A DNA stretch of 64,000 nt from Enterobacteria phage ATK47, in sequence record NC_055708.1. The stretch is one strand, 5' to 3'. Of this stretch, positions 29,174-41,154 are shown piece by piece. Each line of letters starts with the position of its first letter. Position 1 is the first letter of the stretch. A program made the translations under genes and the position numbers. Under the pieces are notes generated by a model, which was not told where the DNA came from, did not search any database, and saw nothing but the letters and a program-made list of their open reading frames with translations.

Positions 29174-31429
29174 ATGCAAGTAACTAAGAGCAGTGGTGTA
29201 TCCCAAAATTTTGATGCACAGAAAATTATTCAAGTCTTAACTTGGCAGTGTGAAGGAACACAAATCGACCCATACGAATTGTATGAAGAAATTAAGACTC
29301 ATCTGGTTGATGGGATGAGTACCAAAGATATCCAGAAGATTTGTATTAAAGTTGCAGCTAACTTGATTTCTGTCGAAGAACCTGACTATCAATATGTTGC
29401 CGCTAAAGGATTAATGTTTGCACTTCGTAAAGATGTATATGGGCAGTTTGAACCGCCTGCTTTTATCGACCATATTTCTTATTGTGTTAATGAAGGCAAA
29501 TACGACCCTGAGCTGTTGTCTCAATATTCAGCAGAAGAAATCATTTATCTCGATTCACAGATTAAACATGAACGAGACTTTGACCTGACTTATGCTGGTG
29601 CTATGCAGCTTAAAGAAAAATATCTAGTTAAAGATAAAACAACTGGGAAGATTTATGAAACTCCACAGTTTGCTATCATGGCTATTGGCATGGCCTTACA
29701 TCAAGACGAAACTCATGACCGTTTGAAACATATTATTCGTTTTTATGATGCCGTTTCTACTCATCAAGTTTCATTGCCAACCCCAATTATGGCAGGTGCT
29801 CGTACTCCAACTCGCCAGTTCTCTAGTTGTGTAGTTATTGAAGCCGGTGATTCGTTAAAATCTATTAACAAAACTTCAGCATCAATTATTGAATATATTT
29901 CTAAACGAGCTGGTATTGGTATCAACGTTGGTATGCTTCGTGCAGAAGGTTCTAAGATTGGTATGGGTGAAGTTCGACATACAGGTGTTATTCCATTCTG
30001 GAAACATTTCCAAACTGCAGTAAAATCTTGTTCTCAAGGTGGTATTCGTGGTGGTGCTGCTACAGCGTATTATCCGATGTGGCACTTAGAAGTAGAGAAC
30101 CTATTAGTTCTGAAAAATAACAAAGGTGTGGATGAAAACCGTATTCGACATATGGACTACGGAATTCAGATTAATGACCTTATGATGGAACGCCTTGGTA
30201 AAAATGATTATATTACTTTATTTAGCCCTCACGAAATGTCAGGCGAACTATACTACTCGTTCTTTGAAGATCAAGATAAATTCCGTGAGCTTTATGAGAA
30301 AGCTGAAAAAGACCCAACAATCAGAAAGAAAAGAATCAAAGCACTAGAACTCTTTGAATTGTTCATGACTGAACGTTCTGGCACTGCTCGAATTTATCCA
30401 CAGTTTGTTGATAACACGAATAACTACACCCCGTTTATTCGTGAAAAAGCTCCTATTCGTCAGAGCAATCTATGTTGTGAAATAGCTATTCCAACTAATG
30501 ATGTTAATAGTCCTGATGCTGAAATTGGTTTATGTACGTTATCTGCTTTTGTATTAGATAAATTTGATTGGCAAGACCAAGATAAAATTAATGAACTGGC
30601 CGAAGTACAAGTACGTGCACTTGATAACTTGTTAGACTATCAAGATTATCCGGTTCCAGAAGCTTTAAAAGCTAAAAAGCGTCGAAATCTCGGTGTTGGT
30701 GTGACGAACTATGCCGCATGGTTAGCTTCTAACTTTGCTTCATATGAAGACGCTAACGATTTGACTCATGAATTGTTTGAGAGATTGCAATATGGCCTTA
30801 TCAAAGCTTCAATCAAACTCGCCAAAGAAAAAGGACCTTGTGAGTATTATTCAGACACTAAATGGTCTAGAGGCGAATTACCTATCGACTGGTACAATAA
30901 AAAGATTGACCAAATCGCAGCCCCGAACTACGTCTGTGACTGGGAAGAACTTCGAGCTGAACTCAAAGAACATGGAATTCGTAACAGCACACTTAGTGCT
31001 CTCATGCCATGCGAATCAAGCAGTCAAGTCTCAAATAGCACAAACGGTATAGAGCCACCTCGTGGACCTGTAAGTATTAAAGAATCTAAAGAAGGCAACT
31101 TCCGACAGGTTGTTCCTAATATTGAACACAACATGGGTCTTTATGACTATGCGTGGAAACTCGCTAAGAAAGGTAATAAGCCTTATCTGACACAAGTTGT
31201 TATCATGTTAAAATGGGTGTGCCAATCTGCTTCTGCTAATACATACTACGACCCTTCAGTCTTTGAGAAAGGCAAAGTGCCAATGTCTGTAATGCTTGAT
31301 GACTTGCTTTACTTCTGGTACTTTGGTGGTAAGAACCTTTACTATCATAACACTCGAGATGGTTCTGGTACAGATGACTATGAGTTAGAAACGCCTAAAG
31401 CTGAAGATTGCTCCGCTTGTAAGCTTTAA
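29174..31429 (+). CDS. nrdA: Ribonucleoside-diphosphate reductase alpha subunit
   Basis: 751 aa; class Ia RNR large-subunit architecture (ATP-cone N-terminus, active-site NLCCEI, C-terminal CSAC). Confidence 0.9.
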   Translation: MQVTKSSGVSQNFDAQKIIQVLTWQCEGTQIDPYELYEEIKTHLVDGMSTKDIQKICIKVAANLISVEEPDYQYVAAKGLMFALRKDVYGQFEPPAFIDHISYCVNEGKYDPELLSQYSAEEIIYLDSQIKHERDFDLTYAGAMQLKEKYLVKDKTTGKIYETPQFAIMAIGMALHQDETHDRLKHIIRFYDAVSTHQVSLPTPIMAGARTPTRQFSSCVVIEAGDSLKSINKTSASIIEYISKRAGIGINVGMLRAEGSKIGMGEVRHTGVIPFWKHFQTAVKSCSQGGIRGGAATAYYPMWHLEVENLLVLKNNKGVDENRIRHMDYGIQINDLMMERLGKNDYITLFSPHEMSGELYYSFFEDQDKFRELYEKAEKDPTIRKKRIKALELFELFMTERSGTARIYPQFVDNTNNYTPFIREKAPIRQSNLCCEIAIPTNDVNSPDAEIGLCTLSAFVLDKFDWQDQDKINELAEVQVRALDNLLDYQDYPVPEALKAKKRRNLGVGVTNYAAWLASNFASYEDANDLTHELFERLQYGLIKASIKLAKEKGPCEYYSDTKWSRGELPIDWYNKKIDQIAAPNYVCDWEELRAELKEHGIRNSTLSALMPCESSSQVSNSTNGIEPPRGPVSIKESKEGNFRQVVPNIEHNMGLYDYAWKLAKKGNKPYLTQVVIMLKWVCQSASANTYYDPSVFEKGKVPMSVMLDDLLYFWYFGGKNLYYHNTRDGSGTDDYELETPKAEDCSACKL

Positions 31430-31479
31430 GAATTTTGTTTATAATTGACTCATGGATGAGTCACTATTGAGAGAATATA

Positions 31480-32658
31480 ATGAGTACAGTTTTTAATACC
31501 CAAAAAGTTGATGTTTTGAATGAACCAATGTTCTTTGGTTCCGGTCTTGGCCTTGCGCGTTACGATATTCAACGCCATAAAGTTTTTGAAGAGCTTATTG
31601 AAAAGCAATTGTCGTTTTTTTGGCGCCCTGAAGAGGTAAACTTGATGTTGGACTCTGCGCAGTTCAATAAGCTTCCACAGTTCCAACAGAACATCTTTAC
31701 GAACAACCTTAAGTATCAATCATTATTGGATTCTATCCAAGGCAGGGCACCATCTGCGGTACTTATGGCATTGCTTTCCGACCCTTCATTAGATACATGG
31801 GTTGCTACATGGACATTCAGTGAAACCATTCACTCTCGTTCATATACTCATATCATGCGAAATCTTTATACTGATCCATCGAAGGTATTTGATGAGATTG
31901 TATTAGATGAAGCAATTATGAAACGTGCGGAATCAATCGGCAAATATTATGATGATGTTCTAGTTAAAACACGTGAATGGGAAAATGCTAAAGAAATTTT
32001 TAAATGTTTTTCCGAAAATGAATATGATTTGGATGCATATTCAAATAGTCTTATGCATGTGGAAGAATGTAAACGTGCATTAATGAAGTCTCTTTATCTC
32101 TGCTTACACGTTATTAACGCCTTAGAAGCTATTCGTTTTTACGTATCATTTGCATGTACTTTCAACTTCCATAAGAACATGGAAATTATGGAAGGTAATG
32201 CAAAGATTATGAAGTTCATTGCTCGTGACGAACAACTCCACCTCAAGGGTACTCAGTACATTATCCGTCAACTTCAATCTGGTACTGATGGTGATGAGTG
32301 GGTTCAAATTGCTAAAGAATGCGAACAAGAAGCAGTTGATATTTTTATGGAAGTAAATAGACAAGAGAAGGAATGGGCTGCACACCTCTTTAAAGACGGT
32401 ACATGTCCAGGTATCAATACGCAGAGTATGTGTGCTTTTGTCGATTACTTGACTGTGTCTCGTATGAAACAGTGTGGTTTGCCATGCCCAATCACTGATG
32501 CTCCGACCAAGCATCCGTATCCTTGGATTCGTGAATATCTGAACTCTGATTTAGTTCAAGCAGCTCCTCAGGAAGTTGAAATCAGTTCTTATCTTGTCGC
32601 ACAAATTGATAATGATGTAGACCAAAATGTAATCAATTCATACAAAAAATATTTCTAA
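31480..32658 (+). CDS. nrdB: Ribonucleoside-diphosphate reductase beta subunit (uninterrupted)
   Basis: 392 aa directly downstream of nrdA; di-iron/tyrosyl radical family features; continuous ORF. Confidence 0.85.
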   Translation: MSTVFNTQKVDVLNEPMFFGSGLGLARYDIQRHKVFEELIEKQLSFFWRPEEVNLMLDSAQFNKLPQFQQNIFTNNLKYQSLLDSIQGRAPSAVLMALLSDPSLDTWVATWTFSETIHSRSYTHIMRNLYTDPSKVFDEIVLDEAIMKRAESIGKYYDDVLVKTREWENAKEIFKCFSENEYDLDAYSNSLMHVEECKRALMKSLYLCLHVINALEAIRFYVSFACTFNFHKNMEIMEGNAKIMKFIARDEQLHLKGTQYIIRQLQSGTDGDEWVQIAKECEQEAVDIFMEVNRQEKEWAAHLFKDGTCPGINTQSMCAFVDYLTVSRMKQCGLPCPITDAPTKHPYPWIREYLNSDLVQAAPQEVEISSYLVAQIDNDVDQNVINSYKKYF

Positions 32659-32662
32659 GGAC

Positions 32663-32676
32663 GGGACTTCGGTCCC
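32663..32676 (+). terminator. Stem-loop gggacTTCGgtccc
   Basis: Perfect 5-bp stem with UUCG loop after nrdB. Confidence 0.5.
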
Positions 32677-32684
32677 ACTTTATT

Positions 32685-33095
32685 ATGAAAGATATTGCCG
32701 CCGAATATTCCTTTATTAAATATACAGAATTGGAGCTATTAGAAGATGCAACAATTAAAACAGTTGATGTCCCTAATAAGAAAAATGTCATATACGCTAT
32801 TGCTATAGATGACGAACTTGTGTATATTGGTAAAACCAAGAATTTAAAGAAACGCATTAACTATTATCGAACAGCCATAAATCGAAAAGACCAGACTTCA
32901 GATTCAAGAAAATCACTTATGATTTTGGATGCCTTAATGCAAGGCAAAAAGGTTGAATTCTGGGCCCGCCAATGTTTTGACCTTTCAGTCACCAACGAAC
33001 TTGGTTCAATGACCATCGCAACAATGGACCTTGAAGAACCGCTTTTTATCAAAAAGTTCAACCCGCCTTGGAATATCCAACATAAGAAAAAGTAG
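32685..33095 (+). CDS. denA: Endonuclease II (GIY-YIG family)
   Basis: 136 aa; GIY-YIG-like motif IYAIAIDDELVYIGKTKNLKKRINYYR; size and position (between nrdB and rnlA) as T4 denA. Confidence 0.6.
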   Translation: MKDIAAEYSFIKYTELELLEDATIKTVDVPNKKNVIYAIAIDDELVYIGKTKNLKKRINYYRTAINRKDQTSDSRKSLMILDALMQGKKVEFWARQCFDLSVTNELGSMTIATMDLEEPLFIKKFNPPWNIQHKKK

Positions 33096-33124
33096 TTTAC
33101 ACACCACAAGGATTGTGGTACAAT
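33095..33124 (+). promoter_or_regulatory. T4-type early promoter with spacer palindrome ccacaa/ttgtgg
   Basis: GTTTAC 33095-33100, TACAAT 33119-33124. Confidence 0.5.
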
Positions 33125-33142
33125 TTAAAAAAAACTAACTGA

Positions 33143-34276
<1,134 letters not shown>

Positions 34277-34278
34277 TG

Positions 34279-34308
34279 GTTTACAAACACCAAGGAAGGT
34301 GTTACTAT
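34279..34308 (+). promoter_or_regulatory. T4-type early promoter with spacer palindrome aacacc/ggtgtt
   Basis: GTTTAC 34279-34284, TACTAT 34303-34308. Confidence 0.5.
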
Positions 34309-34338
34309 GGCTTTTATCAATAACACGAGGAGAAAATT

Positions 34339-34839
34339 ATGAATATGCAATTGATTACTAATGATATGGTCGTAACCGCTTTTGGAGACACAACTGACGG
34401 AATCCGAGTCTTTAAGAAAGGACGTCCAGTTGGTTATCTTACCGACCTACGTGTTACACTGGCCAAAAATCTTAAAAAGAAAGTAAAACAAAAAGAGTAT
34501 TCCACCCGATACGCTGAAGAGAAACGCGAAGCGATGCCGGAAGCAGTTAATGCCATGGTAGAATTTCTTCAAAACAATTTGACTAAATATGACGCTAATG
34601 TTTTCGTTAATATTAGTCAACCAAACGTACATATCGCAGGTATAAAATTCTACATTATTTGCGACCCTCTTACCGACAAATTCAACCGCCTCGGAATTTC
34701 AAGTCCGTATCATACAGCAGAAGAGTTGTGTGTATTGTTTGAATCATACAAAATCCAGTGTGATGGTTTGAAAACCGTTCTTATCAATGGATTATCCCGA
34801 GATGAAATCATTGAGATTATTAAAACATGCTTAAAGTAA
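34339..34839 (+). CDS. alc: Alc (transcription terminator of C-containing DNA) candidate
   Basis: 166 aa (T4 Alc approx 167 aa), position after rnlA as in T4. Confidence 0.5.
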   Translation: MNMQLITNDMVVTAFGDTTDGIRVFKKGRPVGYLTDLRVTLAKNLKKKVKQKEYSTRYAEEKREAMPEAVNAMVEFLQNNLTKYDANVFVNISQPNVHIAGIKFYIICDPLTDKFNRLGISSPYHTAEELCVLFESYKIQCDGLKTVLINGLSRDEIIEIIKTCLK

Positions 34840-35183
34840 ATCCGATTTATGCTATAGTAGCAGCTTTTGCTCTAGTTTCTACGGTAACAATAGTTGTCTT
34901 AAACAACAAAGTTGATTCGTTGAATACTGAATTAGCTTCTGTTAAAAAGACCGCTAAAAACAATGCTAAAGTATTAGACGACTTCAAAGCTCAATATCAG
35001 TCAATCGAAGAAATGACTTATAAGAATCGTGTTTTAGTTGACCAACTTAAGGCCGAAAATGAAAAGCTCCGTCAGGATTCGAAGAAGAAGAACGTGGTGG
35101 CAAGTAAGCCAGGATTGGTCGAAAAACAAATCAACAAGTCCTTCGATTCCTTTGCAGAAGACCTCAGGAAGCTCTCAGAATGA
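34827..35183 (+). CDS. Inner-membrane spanin (i-spanin)
   Basis: 118 aa; N-terminal TM helix followed by long charged coiled-coil-like region; overlaps downstream lipoprotein gene. Confidence 0.6.
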   Translation: MLKVNPIYAIVAAFALVSTVTIVVLNNKVDSLNTELASVKKTAKNNAKVLDDFKAQYQSIEEMTYKNRVLVDQLKAENEKLRQDSKKKNVVASKPGLVEKQINKSFDSFAEDLRKLSE

Positions 35184-35470
35184 TTAAATTAACCGCAGTT
35201 GTATTATCTATTGGTATTTTGGCTGGATGTGCCCAGGATGTGCCCTTAAGCCCTAAAGAAACTTTACATCCGCCATGGCCTGAATCTATTGTTGAATATA
35301 ACCAGAAATGGCAAGTAAAGGTTATTGATGGTAATCCGTGGGTTGGAATGCCGTTTGAAGACTCTCAAGAATTTCGTATCTGGTTAAACGACGTAAAAAG
35401 ATATGTACATGACCAGAAGACTATGATATGTTATTATCGTAGTGGTTTAAAAGAGGAAAAATGCCAATGA
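35180..35470 (+). CDS. Outer-membrane spanin (o-spanin lipoprotein)
   Basis: 96 aa; signal peptide with lipobox LAGC; ATGA overlap with i-spanin. Confidence 0.65.
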   Translation: MIKLTAVVLSIGILAGCAQDVPLSPKETLHPPWPESIVEYNQKWQVKVIDGNPWVGMPFEDSQEFRIWLNDVKRYVHDQKTMICYYRSGLKEEKCQ

Positions 35471-35685
35471 CTAAAGAACAGCATGAATACATTAAAGGGC
35501 TTATCTATGAATCTGAAATGGCGGCTATGATTTATGGGCGCCAGATTCAACGATTAGAATCTTTGCCTCCGACTAATGACCGATTGTTAGTTCAGTCTCG
35601 TGCTAATCTGAAAAATGAATATCAGAATAAGTGGGCAGTAGCGACTAAAGCTCTTCACGAGTATATTGAATCTTTAGTAAAATAG
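35461..35685 (+). CDS. Hypothetical protein
   Basis: 74-aa ORF overlapping o-spanin end. Confidence 0.45.
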   Translation: MPMTKEQHEYIKGLIYESEMAAMIYGRQIQRLESLPPTNDRLLVQSRANLKNEYQNKWAVATKALHEYIESLVK

Positions 35686-35719
35686 TTTACAAACTCTCAG
35701 GAGCAGAGTATAATGCTCC
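35685..35719 (+). promoter_or_regulatory. T4-type early promoter with inverted repeat ggagca/tgctcc bracketing TATAAT
   Basis: GTTTAC 35685-35690, TATAAT 35709-35714, arms 35700-35705 and 35714-35719. Confidence 0.55.
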
Positions 35720-35742
35720 TATGGATAATTGAGGAAATCTAA

Positions 35743-36041
35743 ATGAAAACATTACTAGAGAATTACATCAAACGGTCTGATGAGTATATTGATATCTGTC
35801 GTGGAATGTCACTTGGCAATTATGACAAAGATGCAGCAAAGGCACTAGATGAAGCAGGTAAAGCTCTTCGTAAAGCTGCTAAAGAAAAAGGGTTGGATTT
35901 GCAACAACTCAAAAGTCATATGATTAAATTTATTTCTTCAAACGTTAGAAGTACGTCAATTAATAAAAACGTTGCTGAAATTAATAAAGACCGGCGCGAG
36001 CATAACATTCGTATTCTTGAAATTTTCTTAGGAATAAAATA

Positions 36042-36042
<1 letters not shown>
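35743..36042 (+). CDS. Hypothetical protein
   Basis: 99-aa ORF, RBS ttgaggaaat. Confidence 0.5.
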
Positions 36043-37128
<1,086 letters not shown>

Positions 37129-37129
<1 letters not shown>

Positions 37130-37320
37130 TGAAACGATTATATGAAGTGATTGAGGCCATCGAACAGCATAAAGAATATTTGTTTGTAGCCTGGCCTTTA
37201 GTAAATGGACAGTTCGGTATTGATGTGCTGGACTATGAGCATGAAGAACGTTTGGACGGCGGTATATTTGATAACGTCGACCAGGCAATTGAATGGTTAA
37301 ATGAAAACTATGTACGATAA
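37129..37320 (+). CDS. Hypothetical protein
   Basis: 63-aa ORF. Confidence 0.4.
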
Positions 37321-37525
37321 ACATCATGAAATCGAAGATGAAGCATACAAAATGCTTCGTAAACTAGTGGGACTTAGTATGAGTCCTACATTAATCAACA
37401 AACTCGCCGGAATTCGTAATGACCTGAATACTCGATACAAAGGCGAATATCATGTAGAGTTTGTTCCTGTAGGTGAACCAACCGAGCGATTTGTTGTTCG
37501 AGTTAAAGTAAATACTGTGCACTGA
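37301..37525 (+). CDS. Hypothetical protein
   Basis: 74-aa ORF. Confidence 0.4.
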   Translation: MKTMYDKHHEIEDEAYKMLRKLVGLSMSPTLINKLAGIRNDLNTRYKGEYHVEFVPVGEPTERFVVRVKVNTVH

Positions 37526-37532
37526 GGTAATT

Positions 37533-37808
37533 ATGTTCCCTAAATATTCTGAAATTGTAAAGGTAGTCTTCAGTCAGATTATTGCTAATAATATGTTTGA
37601 AGTGCTTGATAATGCAGCCGAACTCAGAGTTCATGCTCAACTAACTCATGTACTCAATGCTTTGCTCCCAGACCAAGTAGATTCTATTGCTATTACTCTT
37701 CTCCCTGGGTCTGCGCACGTCATAGTGGTATTTGATCTTGATGGTGATTTAGTTATCCAGTGTGATATCAATTTCGGTACACAAAAAATTGAATGCAAAG
37801 CAATTTAA
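37533..37808 (+). CDS. Hypothetical protein
   Basis: 91-aa ORF. Confidence 0.45.
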   Translation: MFPKYSEIVKVVFSQIIANNMFEVLDNAAELRVHAQLTHVLNALLPDQVDSIAITLLPGSAHVIVVFDLDGDLVIQCDINFGTQKIECKAI

Positions 37809-37810
37809 TG

Positions 37811-37840
37811 GTTTACAACATGGCGGAGTTGTGATACTAT
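37811..37840 (+). promoter_or_regulatory. T4-type early promoter
   Basis: GTTTAC 37811-37816, TACTAT 37835-37840, then ATGAGGAAAT RBS. Confidence 0.5.
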
Positions 37841-37868
37841 AACTCTACCAACAAATGAGGAAATAGAA

Positions 37869-38105
37869 ATGCTAAGTGAAAACCCAATTACAGTACACGA
37901 ATTTCAGATTAAAGTAAAAGAATTTGCTCAAGCACTCATCAATAAAGTGTCTGAACGTTTCCAGGATGCAACATTACGAGTTATTCAAGAATCTCCACGT
38001 TCTTTTCTCATAATCGTTAATCCTAAAGATGGTGACCAAATTACTAATCTTAAATTAGGCAGTGATGGTCTTGTTGAAGCAACTCGAGTATATGGAACAC
38101 TATAA
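37869..38105 (+). CDS. Hypothetical protein
   Basis: 78-aa ORF. Confidence 0.45.
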   Translation: MLSENPITVHEFQIKVKEFAQALINKVSERFQDATLRVIQESPRSFLIIVNPKDGDQITNLKLGSDGLVEATRVYGTL

Positions 38106-38225
38106 TGAGAGCTATCTCATTACTATCGAGAATGGTCATAAATCTGAGCACTACCAACTTAGCCTGTCTAATCCGGTTAAAGGTATTGTTGAATCAGAAT
38201 CTGTTTATATCTCCTAAGGATTGTT

Positions 38226-39218
38226 ATGTTACCTGTCGTCGGAAAACTTATTTCTCCAAAAGAACTGGCTGAGATTATTCCTTTGTCGGAAGCTTACGCA
38301 TCACAAGTGGCTTCTCATCGCGAACAAGTTAATTCGATTATGAACGGTGAAGACCCACGCAAACTTATTGTTGTAGGTCCTTGTTCAATTCATGACCCTA
38401 TTGCTGCTGTTGAATACGGCAAACGTCTGGCTGAACTTCAAACTCGTCTTCCTAATGTTCTGTTAGTGATGCGCGTTTATTTTGAAAAGCCTCGAACTAC
38501 CGTAGGTTGGAAAGGTCTTGTAAATGATCCATATCTTGACGGAAGTTTTGATATGAACCACGGTCTTATAGTTGCACGAACATTGTGTCGTAAACTTCTA
38601 CGTATGGGACTTCCATTAGCAACTGAAGTATTAGACCCATTCACGATTAAGTATCTTTCTGGTATTTTCTCATGGGTTGCTATTGGCGCACGTACGACTG
38701 AAAGTCAGACACATCGTGAAATTGCTTCAGGTCTACCGATGTGCGTAGGCTTCAAGAACGCAACCAATGGTTCTATTAAAGTAGCTACAGACGCGATGTA
38801 TAGTGCCGCCTGGCCTCATCGGTATATGGGTATGGACGTCGATGGTACTGTAGGCATTGTTGAAGCTGAAGGTAATCAGAATACGCATATCGTATTGCGT
38901 GGCGGGACCAACGGCCCGAACTATCATTCTTCTGATATTCAAGAAGCTTCTAACAAAGCAAGGGCAGTAGGTCTGAATCATTATGTAATGGTTGACTGTA
39001 GCCATGCAAACGCTGATGGGCATTATAGCAATCAAATTGGTATTGGTAAAAAATTAGCAGCTAATGATTTGGTCAAAGGAATTATGATAGAATCGTTCCT
39101 ACATGAAGGAAATCAAAAAATTTCTGATAATATGTCCTATGGCGTTTCCGTTACCGATGCGTGCATCAGTTGGGAACAAACTAAAGAGCTGTTAACTTAT
39201 ATTAATAAGGTTCAATAA
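38226..39218 (+). CDS. 3-deoxy-D-arabino-heptulosonate-7-phosphate (DAHP) synthase, class I (AroG-like)
   Basis: 330 aa; LIVVGPCSIHDP, VMRVYFEKPRTTVGWKGLVNDP, GARTTESQTHREIASGL, GFKN, ILRGG, CSHAN, IESFLHEGNQ, VTDACISW align with recalled E. coli AroG including metal ligands (Cys, His, Glu, Asp) and PEP-binding residues. Confidence 0.85.
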   Translation: MLPVVGKLISPKELAEIIPLSEAYASQVASHREQVNSIMNGEDPRKLIVVGPCSIHDPIAAVEYGKRLAELQTRLPNVLLVMRVYFEKPRTTVGWKGLVNDPYLDGSFDMNHGLIVARTLCRKLLRMGLPLATEVLDPFTIKYLSGIFSWVAIGARTTESQTHREIASGLPMCVGFKNATNGSIKVATDAMYSAAWPHRYMGMDVDGTVGIVEAEGNQNTHIVLRGGTNGPNYHSSDIQEASNKARAVGLNHYVMVDCSHANADGHYSNQIGIGKKLAANDLVKGIMIESFLHEGNQKISDNMSYGVSVTDACISWEQTKELLTYINKVQ

Positions 39219-39799
39219 TGAAAGCTAGCACATACCTTCAGATTGCATATCTGATTTCTCAAGAATCAAAATGTTGTTCATGGAAAGTTGGTGCCGTCAT
39301 TGAAAAAGATGGACGCATTATCTCTACTGGATATAACGGTTCACCTGCAGGTGGCGTTAACTGTTGCGAACATGCATCTGAAAATGGTTGGTTGAAGAAT
39401 AAACCAATCCCAGTCATCGTTGCTGGACATAAAGAAGGCACTACAGCATTTGGACGGGTAGATAATTTTGTTTTAGCCAAAGAACATCGAGCTGCTCATA
39501 GTGCATGGTCTGCTAATAATGAAATCCATGCAGAATTGAATGCAATTTTGTTTGCCGCTCGTAAAGGTAATTCTATTGAAGGTGCTACGTTATATACGAC
39601 GCTTTCTCCATGTCCTGATTGTACTAAAGCTATTACGCAGTCAGGTATTAAAAAGGTTGTATATGCAGAATTATATGACCGATCTCCTGAAAACTGGGCA
39701 GACATTCTTAAACAAGCTGGTATTGAAGTAATTCAGTACTCTCGTAATAATCTTCGTTCTCTGAATTGGGAACAAATCCGAAACTTTTGTGGTGAATAA
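39218..39799 (+). CDS. cd: dCMP deaminase
   Basis: 193 aa; cytidine/deoxycytidylate deaminase zinc motifs HAELNA and SPCPDC. Confidence 0.85.
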   Translation: MKASTYLQIAYLISQESKCCSWKVGAVIEKDGRIISTGYNGSPAGGVNCCEHASENGWLKNKPIPVIVAGHKEGTTAFGRVDNFVLAKEHRAAHSAWSANNEIHAELNAILFAARKGNSIEGATLYTTLSPCPDCTKAITQSGIKKVVYAELYDRSPENWADILKQAGIEVIQYSRNNLRSLNWEQIRNFCGE

Positions 39800-40097
39800 T
39801 ATGATTTTAACTGAACGAGAAACTATGGTTCTTCGTGAACGTATTAAAACTATTCTGTCTGTAGGCGTTCATTGTGTTGTATTTGAAAAGGCTAACGGTG
39901 ATGTACGCACTATGTTTGCTTCGCGCGATGAACTTGAAGTCAAATATGAAAATAACAATCCGGCAACAGAAGTTCGTTATGAACCTCGTGAATCAGTTCG
40001 AGCATTCGATACCAAGTTAGGCCAGTGGCGTTCTTTCCGCCTTGATAAAGTAATTTCGGTTGATGGTACTCCGGTAGAACGTTTGCTTCTTATGTAA
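39789..40097 (+). CDS. Hypothetical protein
   Basis: About 100-aa ORF between cd and 31. Confidence 0.45.
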   Translation: MVNNMILTERETMVLRERIKTILSVGVHCVVFEKANGDVRTMFASRDELEVKYENNNPATEVRYEPRESVRAFDTKLGQWRSFRLDKVISVDGTPVERLLLM

Positions 40098-40154
40098 TAT
40101 GCTTTACGAATAGTATGGTATTATTAATCTATCGTCAAACAACAAGGAAATAAG

Positions 40155-40487
40155 ATGTCTGAAGTACAACTCCCAATTCGTGCTGTTGGTGAATATGTCA
40201 TTCTGGTTTCTGAACCCGCTCAAGCAGGTGATGAAGAAGTTACCGAATCAGGACTTGTGATTGGTAAACGTGTTCAAGGTGAAGTTCCTGAACTATGCGT
40301 AGTTCATTCTGTAGGTCCTGATGTTCCTGAAGGTTTTGTTGAAGTCGGTGATTTGACTCCACTACCAGTTGGACAAATTCGAAATGTTCCACATCCATTT
40401 GTGGCTTTGGGACTTAAACAACCTAAAGAAATTAAACAGAAATTCGTAACATGCCACTATAAAGCTATTCCGTGTCTTTATAAGTGA
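40155..40487 (+). CDS. 31: Head assembly co-chaperonin gp31 (GroES-like)
   Basis: 110 aa (T4 gp31 111 aa), position after cd. Confidence 0.7.
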   Translation: MSEVQLPIRAVGEYVILVSEPAQAGDEEVTESGLVIGKRVQGEVPELCVVHSVGPDVPEGFVEVGDLTPLPVGQIRNVPHPFVALGLKQPKEIKQKFVTCHYKAIPCLYK

Positions 40488-40611
40488 TATAAATAACTAT
40501 ATGAAGAGAACACTCTTCTAAGCGGTAGCCTACAACTGAGAGACTTGTCGAAAGAAGGTGAAATTCAGACGAACGTGGCTACTAAATATTATCTCGAATT
40601 GAGAATTTAAA

Positions 40612-40860
40612 ATGATTAAACAATTACAACACGCTCTTGAACTGCAACGCAACGCATGGAATAACGGTCACGAAAACTACGGCGCTTCAATTGATGTTGA
40701 AGCCGAAGCACTGGAAATCCTGCGATATTTCAAACATCTGAATCCTGCTCAGGCTACTCTGGCTTCTGAACTGGAAGCTAAAGATGAATTGAAATATGCT
40801 AAGCCTCTGGCTTCTGCAGCACGCAAAGCAGTTCGTCATTTTGTTATTACCCTTAAATAA
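40612..40860 (+). CDS. Hypothetical protein (82 aa; size and position compatible with rIII, unverified)
   Basis: 82-aa ORF with RBS ttgagaa; T4 rIII is 82 aa and lies between 31 and 30. Confidence 0.4.
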   Translation: MIKQLQHALELQRNAWNNGHENYGASIDVEAEALEILRYFKHLNPAQATLASELEAKDELKYAKPLASAARKAVRHFVITLK

Positions 40861-41154
40861 GTTTTAGGTGATTCGCTACCTTAGTGCGGCTAGAAAATCG
40901 AGGAGCCGTCGAACTGTCTGATTAATGATTTGCGAATCATTATAGTTTTAAGACCCCGGCAGTTTTACGGTGTACCTCTTGAATGTATTTTATACTATCA
41001 CGCGTCAGAAAAAGGTTATCTGTCTAAGTCGTGGTTGGTATGATGACGGGTTTATGGTTATCCTGTCGTTAAATATCCAAAACCTATGTTCCCCTTGAGG
41101 GCTTGCGCAGGCAATGTCAATAAGTCCTGCATTTTCATTTAAAGAGAATTTATA

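Noticed and set aside
38105-38258. Short ORF overlapping the DAHP synthase start
   Set aside because: About 50 codons in a different frame with no RBS, overlapping the well-supported DAHP synthase N-terminus; likely non-coding leader.
40861-41154. Possible tRNA gene in the long intergenic region
   Set aside because: No cloverleaf could be built; there is no GTTCRANYC T-loop with a matching acceptor stem. It is retained only as a possible sRNA/leader region in the findings.
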